The position numbers and the translations under genes are program-made. A DNA stretch of 64,000 nt from contig NIVC01001037.1 in the NCBI GenBank assembly GCA_002269645.1, positions 1-64,000 of the forward strand. The letters run 5' to 3'. This stretch comes from Macrostomum lignano (Eukaryota). This document shows positions 1 to 10,450 of this stretch, one piece after another. Below the pieces are notes generated by a model. That model made no database searches. It had not been told where the DNA came from and saw only the letters and a program-made list of their open reading frames with translations. Within the stretch, counting starts at the first letter, position 1. Every line of letters begins with the position of its first letter.

Positions 1-32
1 CGAAAGGAGAGATGTCAGAGGAAGGGAGCAAG

Positions 33-214
33 CAGTAGGGCAACCAGAAATTTTTGAGGGGGGGCGGATTCTGGAAGTAAAGTCCCGTGAGGGAGGGGGC
101 GGAGGGGAGGCTCTGTTTTTTGGCGAAAATTCGCTTGGTCCCCCTTCAATTTTTTCTGGTCTCCGCCTAAGGGGGGGGCCCCCCCCCCCCCCGCCCCCCC
201 TGGTTGCGCCACTG
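33..214. mobile_element. hAT-type MITE (182 bp)
   Basis: Imperfect TIRs CAGTAGGGCAACCAG / CTGGTTGCGCCACTG (13/15). 8-bp direct repeat GGAGCAAG at 25-32 and 215-222. No coding capacity. Confidence 0.8.
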
Positions 215-372
215 GGAGCAAGGAAAGAGGGGAAAGGAGGAGAGAGGGGAGATTTTGATGAGAAAAGGAGAAGAAATTAGCAAAAAAGCTGAGAAGAGAT
301 GCAAACCTTGAGCGGGCTGGATTGTTATTGGCATGGGAAGTTAGAAAGGACCCGAGGGCTGGATAGAGAGAC

Positions 373-416
373 TGCGGGCCGCATGTGGCCCGTGGGCTGG
401 AGTTTGCTGACCCCTG
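373..416. mobile_element. hAT/Charlie-like terminal fragment
   Basis: Ends in GAGTTTGCTGACCCCTG (reverse complement CAGGGGTCAGCAAACTC, a typical hAT-Charlie terminus). The same 17-mer recurs at 26671-26687. The partner end was not found. Confidence 0.4.
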
Positions 417-2098
417 CAGCCTGCAGTAGGCTATGCATGACGGGCCCAGTTAACTGCATAATGGCAAATAAGAGACATGGGAGATTGGAGATAGGAGACT
501 GTCTCCCCTGTCTCCCCTTCATTTATCTCCCCGATTACGAGTAGGGCACAGTCACTCAGTCACATTTTGATAAGGAGGGATACATAGACATAGATATTTT
601 CTCAGTTTTCATATTCAGAGGCGGTCAGAGCTCAAATGGGACAGGTCATGAATAAATAACAATCTAACCCCCGCCTTGTCATTTTTCCGGATGAATAAAT
701 CCACTGAATCATAAAGGTTTCAAAGTGCCTTTGCGTTCTCATGACAGTTTTTGCCACTCAATTATTCTAGTCTTACTGAATCCCCGAGTTAACAGAAAAT
801 TATAGCTCGGCGCACGTCCGCCAGCTTGAATATTCTCGCTATATTGTTCTCTATTTGCGATCGTCTTTTACAACCCGACATCAATAAAACCCGTGTGGGC
901 TTTATCTCTCATTAACAGAAATCTCTCATCAATTATAGCCTGTATAAAGCTTACTCATTTTGAGTTGCTCTTAGAAAAATGTTTTGAATTTCCTGGCCAG
1001 TGGCAATAACCCGTAATGACAGGGCAATGCAAGGAATTATTTTAACCTAGAGGTGACAGCTAATTTTGGCCAATTCATTTCAGTTGGGTGGGGGGGGGTT
1101 AGAAGAAAGGCTAGAGAAGTGATATGGGAATTTCTACGTTGTACCGTTCTTGCCTGCTTAAGCGAACCTATGCGAAACAAACAAACTGTCCTGACTCCTT
1201 ATCAGTGCAGGTCATCAAGTTTTTTCTATTCCCATATTGCACCAAAGATAAAGGAAGAACAAAGACGAATTTCGTGCGAGGCTTGACAAGGTCTGAACTA
1301 TATATATATATATATATTATATTTATAAGTTACAACCTAGCATAAACACATAAATACTTTGATACGGAAAGTATTGATTCGATCTGACCTAAAATAGGTG
1401 CCAGCAAAAGAAAGAAAATATTCATAGCATTTTATATGTGCTTAAAAGTAAAACCAGATGGTAACAGATGGAAATTACAGTTGTGCAGCTAGTTGATTAT
1501 TATCAATGGGATAAGTAAAATATTACAAAAATTCTGTTGGCTTGAATTGGAGGTAGGAATACTGTATACAATACCATTAGTATTTCATACTCGTATACTG
1601 GGGTTTAAGAAAATAAATCCCCCATTTCAGCCACATACAGCGGCATCACCTCCCACTAAGTTTCCGGCCCCTCCACCCCTCCTACACAGTTTTGAGCTAA
1701 ATTACCCCTCCGGCCTCTATAACACCGAATTTTAAGCTGTACCTAATTCTAGGGTTCAAGAATGTAAACAATAAAGATAGAATCAATATAATCAGTCTCT
1801 AAAATAACTCCAGTTCATGAATGACCGATCGCCAGGCTTGTAGTAAACTCGTGAAACTGCGGATCCTAAAAGTAAAGATAAAATGGCAGTTGCGATCGAG
1901 TATGCATCGTAATATACTAATATTTAACTCACAATCTACAATCATGTCTGCGTGTTGAAGCTGAGAACATATACAGGAAGAAATTGCAGAATTGCAGAAT
2001 ACAGGGAATACGAGAATCGAGATAGAAGGAAATCGGATTGATATAAAAAACCAGAGAAAGATATTTTTAGTACTCACTTGCGACTCACGCGTCCTACA

Positions 2099-4122
2099 TC
2101 AGGCCTCCTCGGAGTCACCTGTCAGAGGAATGACAAAAAAATGGCTTGCTGGATCCCTGTCCGCTCCAGCAAGATTGGCAAGCAGATTCGCAGGCAAAAT
2201 CCAGCACTTTCGCTCAGGTGTGCCAGTTAGAACACCAGATGTCATCCTGTACAAGCCGATTCCCAGACGCAAAGATGGATATGGGTTGGCGTAGATGTTG
2301 TCAACTGGGTGTAAAATCCTGCCAGTGACTTGATTAGCTTCACTTACAGCTTCGATTAGGACGCATACTTTGTCGATTATGCAACAATTATCACCTCGCT
2401 TTGTGCTGAATTTCAACGGTGGAATTCGCTGCTCATTCAACAGAAGATCGCGAACTCTGAGCACCTGCTTAACTGAATGCGCTGCCATGTGCCTTGTCAC
2501 CTTTACGCGGCGCTTTACAGATCCAAGAAAGTTTTCGAAAGGGAAAGTCGAAAAGTTGTTTAAACTGCCTAGCTTTCGGACAAACTCATCCAAATGAAGA
2601 ATAGTGTGAAGATTGAAACTTATAAACTTCTGGCCGTAAAGGTGGGCAGCCCGTTCAACAAAAACTTCAATGCAAGTTTTTGCCTGCGTCCACCACTTGG
2701 AGTACCTTTCGTTGGAGTATGCGTAAATGGCGAAATGGAGGTAAAGAAAGTGGTTATACCTTTCTTCATTTAAAATGCCTTTGAAGAGGACAGGTCCTAG
2801 GTACAGCAAGTACTGTCTGAATTCAGTAGCCTTCATGTGCTTCAGTTCCAAGTCGATTTTCCGGGGTCTTCGTTGAAAGTTTGAAGGTGTCCAACCGGCA
2901 GCCATAGTAATTCGGTCGCCCAATAGGCTCATCGGACCGGGATAGACGAGACACTTCTTGCCATTAGATTTGTCGAAAAATAGGTAAAATAGCTTCCTTG
3001 TGACTCCAAGGCATACGGCATGCTGGTAGTCAGGGGGAAAAGCATCGACAAAACTAATGTTAGGCAAATTTAGAAGGGGCGATAGAGCGATTTTTTTATT
3101 TTCCTGGTTAGACTCCTTTCCCTCTCGGTATTGTTGGCTGCTACGAGACTCCCCGACGCTCGTTGAAAATGTTACTCTGTTGTCGGTATAAGGTCCAGTA
3201 GCCCTGCAGTACATGCAACCGACGTACGACATGTGCCCTTGAGTTACTGAGACCCAGGCTCGAGCAGGCGCATCGCAAACAAATCGGATAGTCGAGAAGC
3301 TGATGCTTAAATTTTCGATAATTTTTATTGGACCCGTAAGAAAACGTTTAGCCTCGTCGCAAAATTGTCGAAGATAATCATTCAGAGGTGGCTTGCCACA
3401 ACCAGCCCATACGGCTACTGGAAAAGGTCTGCTGAATATGCTGGGAATAGACATAAGTATGGGCCAAAGACCGAAGTGGCTTGCTCGGTACAAAGGCAAG
3501 CCGTCAAAATTAACGATGGCTTCAATTTTGTAAACCTTCTCAGTTTCACTATCGTGTTGTAGATATTCTGGCTTCATGTGCAGCTGGTTTTTGCGAAACA
3601 TTAGTTCTAGATTTTTCAGAATCGAAATGTAGCGAAAATGGCCTTTTCCATGGGCTCCAATTTTTCCGTTGGATCGCCAGCATTGATGACGGCCTCAATA
3701 GAGTTGACAGACTTCGGCGCAGGCAAGCCTATGTCTCTTAGACCATCAACAAGGAATTTTTTAGATCCACGACTTAGGTTGAAACAAGAAAAGTAGACTA
3801 CCAGCAAGGCGAATATTTTATCTTCTAAAGAGCGGTCATCCTCTTTCTTGTCAATCTCCTCATCTTCATCGCTGCAAACTCGCGCGAACTCGTCAAAATC
3901 AGGATAGCTGCCATTGTCGTTGTCAAGATCTGGATCCGTACCTTCATTGACTTCTGCTACAGAGGACTCCGAAGCGATGAAACCGGCGACTCTCCCAGAA
4001 TCATCTGCTTCGAATACTTTTCTTTTCTCTTGCAGTGCGATGTCTTCCAAAGCTTCTTGTTCTCCTTCCATGAACAAGCCCAGCAAATCCTTATTTGCTT
4101 GTCGCCTCAATTGCCTTGTCAT
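2099..4122 (-). pseudogene. EnSpm/CACTA (CMC)-like DDE transposase, split by a single frameshift near 3640-3650
   Basis: ORF 2099-3601 has FDGLP, LWPIL, FVCDAPARA, GHxSYxGCxxC, DYQHAVCLGV, KATEFRQYLLY, NLHxxLHL and STFPFEN motifs. ORF 3616-4122 supplies an acidic N-terminus and the FNLS..FLVDGL..GLPAP segment. One extra base in ATGGAAAAGG joins them as PM(E/G)KGHFRYISILKNLELMFRK. Confidence 0.85.
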
Positions 4123-4486
4123 TGTTTTCGTCCGAATCAGACTTTGATGATAGTTGACTGTTGTAATAATAATAAAGTAATTACTACGATTGCTTATTTC
4201 GTATTAAAGAAAGGATATGAACAAAAGCTGGGAAGAATTGAAAACTATTCCTTTGGGGGTTTGTGCGCGCTGATTGGACAGGTATGGATGCGGGGACGGT
4301 AGGGCCAATGAAATTGGAAAAGCCAGGGCGGCCTTTTTCATTCGAAGAACTATAGAAGACAATTGCTTCTAGAAGCAACCTAAACCACTGAATCATTAAA
4401 TAAGCATAAACTATAGTGTGAGCTCCAAACTCTTGCTTTAATTGGTACTCAGTTTTGCACTAGCATAGTCTAGTCTGCATGCTACA

Positions 4487-7448
4487 ATGAAGTTTTTAGT
4501 GATCTTTAAAGACGACCGTCAAATTGTTGAGGTCTCGGAAAGCGAAGTGAAGCTTCCTGAAGGCTTTCAAAACCTTAAGGAAGAGGAATGGTTAGAAAAG
4601 AGGGACTCCACTGAGAAGTGGAAGTGTGAAGCCTTGTATGAAGGCTGTTTTTACTCTGCTCTAATTATTCAGGTAAGCAACCGATCCCAACGATTGAAAT
4701 GTTAAAATTCTTGAATCGATCTAATATTTGTACGCTCATATTTTCTCATTAATTTAAAGGTAATACTAAGCAACAACCTAGAGCCTGGGAGCTTCCGCTT
4801 TGTGCGTGAATTGGTGGCCAAAAAGACCCGACTGAACCGAATTCTCGAGTTGGTTCAACCCAGAGTCTTTCAGGAGCGTGACATGAAGAAAGCACGAAGG
4901 CATTACCAGACTAAGGTAAAATTAAGCACAGCCCATATAATTTTTATCGAGAACTTTGTTTTCTCCGTTTTACCTTTTAAACTATTTTTTAAGAAAAGGG
5001 AAGAAATTAAATGTGAAAATAATCTTTAAAACTGACATTAACTTGATAATTTCTCATGCCGTAACCATCCCAAACAGAATCTGTCAGACGGCTCAGCCAC
5101 CGATTCCGAGGCAATCTTCGAAGATAAGAGCAGCCGCTGTTTGCAACCTCCAGCTTTGCTGCCTAAACAACATCCGCCTACGATTGCACAGTTAGCGCCA
5201 ATGCCTCCTATTAGTGATGATGAAGCAGAAGCTGGCGTAGACGCCGATATGGAAGCTGAGGCGGAAGCTGAGGCGGAAGCTGAAGTGGAAGCTGAGGCGG
5301 AAGCTGAAGTGGAAGCTGAGGCGGAAGCTGAAGCGGAAGATGAGGTGGAAGCTGAGATCGGAGCTGAGGTGGAAGCTGAGATGGGAGCTGAGGCGGAAGC
5401 TGAGGCGGAAGCTGAGGTGGAAGCTGAGATGGGAGCTGAGGTGGAAGCTGAGGCGGAAGCTGAAATAGAAGCTGAGTTCGTAGCAGATGATCGATCGACG
5501 ATTCCTAAGTCGCCTCCCACCATTTCATCTTTTAATTTTGGTTCTGGCTTTCTTAGAAAACTAGAAGAGCAGATCCAAGCCGGTGTTAGCTTTGAGCTGG
5601 AAAGTCCAAGAGGCATCAAGTTTCTGTCCTTATATGCCCTACGCGAACTTACTATGCGCAAGAATGAATTGAAAGCATTAGAAAATAGTTTGACCAAACA
5701 AATCACCGCAATGCGCACTGAAGTGCAGAGCGTGCTACGCTTTTTGGAACCTGTTGGCGCTGACATTCCAACTGATAATTCTGAGCCTTCATTCTGGCCG
5801 ATCAACTCCTGGGAAAAATATGTGCAATTCGCTTCCAGTCCAAATGAACATATTTCTACTTTGGTAAGTTCATGACAGAGTTTTTTATTTTCTTTTCATT
5901 AGAAGAAATGCTCTAACTACTACTCAAAGCGCACTAGTACTATCACTGAAATAATAATCTATAAGTATTCTCACCTGTAAAAATCTAAACAGAAGAGCCT
6001 GCTACGTTCATGCAAGCGAGACAAGTGGTCCGATGCTTTAATGGCAATGCTTAACGAGAGCTTGTCGAAAGAGATGCAGGCGGTTATTAATTTAATCGGG
6101 TCAGACATGCGAAGCCGAGCTGTTGCTGCTGGAGTTGCGACCAACCTTACTGATGCGCAGCTTGGATTTCAGAGCACTCTGCTCAGCCATTTCCAAAGTA
6201 AGTCTACTTAATCAACGTTCAATGAGACTTTTAGAGCTAAATATCAAGAAATTAGTCGAGCACAGTGCATGCTATTCATAGTAACTTTCAACTTTTTTCC
6301 TAACAGAAGCAATCACATTCATCTATGGCGCGACCGCTGAAGCCGGCAGGCCCTCTGAACAATCTGTAAGAAATACTTGCAGACAGCAGCTAAAGCATGG
6401 CGGTGACCGATTAAAGGGGCGGTCGCATCGCACAGGAAGCCAGCTGCTTTCCGGAGTCCAGACTCAAAGCCCCGCTTCTGACAGCGCCGTACAAAGACAG
6501 TCTCTGGTGGCAGCGACTCCAAGCCCCGCTTCTGGCAGCGCCGTACAAAGACAGTCTCTGGTGGCAGCGACTCAAAGTCCCGCTTCTGGCAGCGCCGTAC
6601 AAAGACAGTCTCTGGTGGCAGCGACTCCAAGCCCCGCTTCTGGCAGCGCCGTACAAAGACAGTCTCTGGTGGCAGCGACTCCAAGCCCCGCTTCTGGCAG
6701 CGCCGTACAAAGACAGTCTCTGGTGGCAGCGACTCAAAGTCCCGCTTCTGGCAGCGCCGTACAAAGACAGTCTCTGGTGGCAGCGACTCCAAGCCCCGCT
6801 TCTGGCAGCGCCGTAAAAAGACAGTCTCTGGTGGCAGCGACTCCAAGCCCCGCTTCTGGCAGCGCCGTGCAAAGACGGTCTTTGGTGGCAGCGACTCAAA
6901 GTCCCGCTTCTGGCAGCGCTGTGCAAAGACGATCTCTGGTGGCAGCGACTCAAAGTCCCGCTTCTGGCAGCGCCGTGCAAAGACGGTCTTTGGTGGCAGC
7001 GACTCAAAGTCCCGCTTCTGGCAGCGCCGTGCAAAGACACAGCCATTCATCTTCTTTTTCCCTAGTGAGTAAAAACGTATCTAAACTGAATAATGAACGA
7101 TGAATACTATGATTGCTAAGCATTAAATACTACTATCAGTAAGATAAAATGTGCATGCAGTAATTTTTTGTTTTCTTTCCAATGTCACAGACACCATCGC
7201 GACTATCAGCGGGAGAAGTGCCGCCAGCGGCGACAGCAAAGCCGAGCTCCCAATCCAGAAAGCGAGCGAGTATTCAGTTGGATTCTCAGCCTCGAAAGCG
7301 GAACAACCATCGCCCCCGTTCAGCAAAGTCAAAAACCAACTACCGCACTGACTGCTCTCTCGAATCTGATGACGAAACCGAATCAAGTGGATCAAACTGG
7401 TCCGAAGATCAGCGAGAGCTGGATGATGGACAATTTAAAATCTTCTAA
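4487..7448 (+). CDS. Transposon accessory protein (DUF4806-like), 6 exons, 782 aa, divergent from the transposase
   Basis: Exons 4487-4672, 4760-4915, 5078-5863, 5993-6197, 6307-7064, 7191-7448. All introns are GT-AG and phases match (0,0,0,1,0); total 2349 nt with no internal stop. The segment [14 protein letters not shown]...QQLKHGGDR resembles DUF4806 proteins as recalled (not searched). Confidence 0.7.
5225..5480 (+). repeat. Coding (GAAGCT/GAGGCG)n repeat giving an (A/V)E-rich acidic tract
   Basis: 6/12-bp periodicity inside exon 3, translating to [11 protein letters not shown]... Confidence 0.85.
6464..7040 (+). repeat. 54-bp coding tandem repeat, ~11 units ([18 protein letters not shown])
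   Basis: Lies in frame within exon 5 of the accessory gene, upstream of the GTGAGT donor at 7065. Confidence 0.85.
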
Positions 7449-7897
7449 TTATGAGAGCACGTATTTTACGAGTAAATGCTGTCAAAATGATTTTAAAACT
7501 GACATTCTTTCAACACCTTTGTTGCCAAAAACTTAACTATTTTTCGTTCTAATATTGTGTTTTAATATCAGTTCCATTTAACTTCGCTAAATAAATTCAA
7601 ATTTCATTACATTTAAGTTTCTTATTCGATTTCATTCATAGACTCAAACTAATTTTCTAAAGAACTGCAAAAAAATTTACAAAAGGCAAACTTCGTAAGC
7701 AGGTAGCAGCAAGGTTGTTTAAATTTATAATGGAAGAGACAATTGCTTAAAAAAATCAGATAGCTCTGAAAATTATTTGGAAATAAATTCAATTTTGAAA
7801 CAACCAGAAAGCTAGGCTGCTGCCAGAGCAAAATATATCAGTAAAAGCCCTGCATACTACTGTTAGTAGAGTAAACCAATTCTTGCCTTAATTTATT

Positions 7898-8027
7898 GGG
7901 CAGTCCACCGGGCGCCGGGTATAAGGCCGGCGCCCCGACTGGACAAAGAGTGCGCCCCGCTACCGGCCACAGGCCACCGGGCGCCGCGGTCTGCGCACCC
8001 TTGGGCGTACCAGAATTTCCCACTGGG
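7898..8027. mobile_element. Probable right terminus/subterminal region of the EnSpm-like element
   Basis: GC-rich island with CCACCGGGCGCCG twice, ending ...ATTTCCCACTGGG (reverse complement CCCAGTGGG, like CCCAG termini of animal EnSpm elements). No matching left TIR found. Confidence 0.35.
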
Positions 8028-8660
8028 TTTTGCATTGCACTTCATCTGAGCAGTTTTTCTATTGACTATGTGAAGGCTTTGTTTGGTTATCTTATTGATA
8101 CTTGTAGAGAACAGAGATTCTATCTAGATGTCCCCCATCGGGGGCGAAGATTGCTAGTCCATATACTAAAAATGAAAATCTTGCTTGCTTGCTTGTACGA
8201 AATCGATTTTCTCCTGAATGGCTGGACCGATTTTCTTCGAACTTGCACTGTTCGATCAGAAATTTTTCCGTGACGGTACATGCATCTTGGCTAAGAAATT
8301 GCTCAATGTTAAAGGGATTAAATATTCGAAAAAACATGCTTTTTTGCAAAGGTCAAGCATTGAAATGCATTGTAAGAATGCTAGCAGAAAAACTGACTGG
8401 TTGAATTCTGATTCTAAAATAGATTGCATCACAATACACAAGACACTCAATTGAATTGCGTCACAGCATTGAGTGTGAAAGCATAGCACAGTACTCAATT
8501 TATATTGCGTAACCATATTGTTAACTTTTATAGAGACTGGTACTGACTTGCCTAAGAAATTGATTATGTCATAACTCATAACTGCTTCGTGACTTTTTAC
8601 TCTACCTGACTGTGTGAGTGTTGAACTATTTAAGTGGTACAAATTCACTGATAACTTCGA

Positions 8661-8720
8661 TGAGAGCTAGCCTAGAGCTGAACAGACCAGACTGCTAATG
8701 CAGCAACCTGGGTTCGAATC
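8661..8720 (+). other. Degenerate tRNA-derived (SINE head-like) sequence, copy 1
   Basis: A-box-like TAGCCTAGAGCTG and B-box GGTTCGAATC. A related copy is at 19831-19890. Confidence 0.5.
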
Positions 8721-9149
8721 TAAGTGTATGATTAGTAGATTAGTGTCTGAAAAGTAGTAGTGTAAAATTTTTTATTAAAAGCTAAATAAAAACACTTAGA
8801 TTACTGCACTCCATAAGCCAAGGATTATTGCTATTAATAAACCAAGGATTACTGCACTCAATAAGCCAAGGATTATTGCTATTAATAAACCAAGTATTAA
8901 TGCACTTGATTAATCAAGGATTATTGCTATTAATAAACCAACGATTACTGCACTCGATAAACCAAGGACTATTGCTCTTGGCAAACCAAGGATTACTGCA
9001 CTCAAGAAGTCAAGGATTATTGCTATTAATAAAACAAGGATTAATGCACTTGATTAATCAAGGATTATTGCTATTAATAAACCAAGGATTACTGCACTCG
9101 ATAAACCAAGGACTGTTGCTCCTGGCAAACCAAGGATTACTGCACTCAA

Positions 9150-9464
9150 TGTAGAAAAAATACTAACTAAACTAAAAACTATTTAATTGGAGTTAAATTG
9201 AAGGAGCAGGAGGAGCAGTAAGTGGGCGCAGGGCCCAAACCGATATATTTATAGAACATTTAACTTTGGGGGGTTGAGCCCAGAATAATAAAGAGAGGGG
9301 GTGGAGTGCGCGACTGAGGAAAGAGGCGAGAACGGAGAGCCAATCAGAACGCAGCAAGGGAGAGAGAGATAAGAATAACAAGATTGAGCTAGACAGAGAG
9401 AGAAAACGGAGTAAACAGAGACAAGTGAAGGTGAACTAAAGAAATGACTAGGAAAGTCGCGACA
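9150..9464 (-). promoter_or_regulatory. 3' LTR with promoter and poly(A) signals
   Basis: On the minus strand: an ATTGG (inverted CCAAT) box ~90 bp upstream of TATAAATA (9253-9246), then ATTAAA near 9187-9182. The same layout is in the 5' LTR (10542-10852). Confidence 0.6.
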
Positions 9465-9809
9465 CTCCCCCCAAAAAAATGGAACATTTTTTGAATTTTC
9501 GAGTACCATTACCAATTGAAATTAATGAGTTAGAATTAGGTCGAATTAAATTGAAAAACACATTCACAATAAATGGTGTATAAAACGATTTGAAAAATAC
9601 ATAATGACTAAGAATTTGAATACAAAAACAGTAGAGCGAATGCAAATATTTAGACCGAATTTTAAACTTAGATTTTTATTGAGTAGTTTTTGAACCATAG
9701 CAATGAGAAGACTGAAAAGACTGAATATATCCGCCCTCCCCCTAAAAATTAATTTAATTTTTTACATTGTGACTACATGGTGAAAGAAAAAATTGAATGA
9801 CGAATTAAC

Positions 9810-10450
9810 GAGGCGATCTGGCAGGCGATGAGCGAAGAGACGATCCGGCAGGCGATGAGCGAAGAGACGATCCGGCAGGCGATGAGCAAAGAGACGATCC
9901 GGCAGGCGAGCCCCGAGGCGCCCCGGCCGAGAATTTGAACCGAGAGAGACCGAGGACACCGCAGGACGCACCCCCGGCAGACGATGAGCGAAGAGACGAT
10001 CCGGAAGGCGAGCGAAGAGACGATCCGGCAGGCGAGCCCCGCGGCGCCCCGGCAGAGAATTGGAAACCGAGAGAGACCGAGGACACCGCAGGACGCACCC
10101 CCGGCAGACGACGAGCGAAGAGACGATCCGGAAGGCGAGCGAAGAGACGATCCGGCAGGCGAGCCCCGCGGCGCCCCGGCAGAGAATCTGAACCGAGAGA
10201 GACCGAGGACACCGCAGGACGCACCCCCGGCAGACGATGAGCGAAGAGACGATCCGGCAGGCGAGCCCTGAGGTGCCCCGGCCGAGAATTTGAGACCGAG
10301 AGAGACCGAGGACACCGCAGGACGCACCCCCGGCAGACGAAGCGATGAGGCCGACAGACGAAGCGATGAGGCCGACAGACGAAGCGATGAGGCCGACAGA
10401 CGAAGCGATGAGGCCGACAAACGAAGCGATGAGGCCGACAGACGGGATGA
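9810..10450. repeat. GC-rich compound tandem repeat (~100-127 bp units plus 21-24 bp subrepeats) inside the LTR element
   Basis: Recurrent GAGAGACCGAGGACACCGCAGGACGCACCCCCGGCAGACG and AGACGAAGCGATGAGGCCGAC blocks. Confidence 0.85.

Noticed and set aside
996-1018. CCAGTGG as left TIR of the EnSpm-like element
   Set aside because: Only ~13/22 match to the candidate right end and no matching subterminal repeats; left boundary unresolved.
8661-8720. Functional tRNA gene (also 19831, 41519, 47385, 63581)
   Set aside because: A/B boxes only; no complete cloverleaf, and bodies continue into SINE-like sequence.
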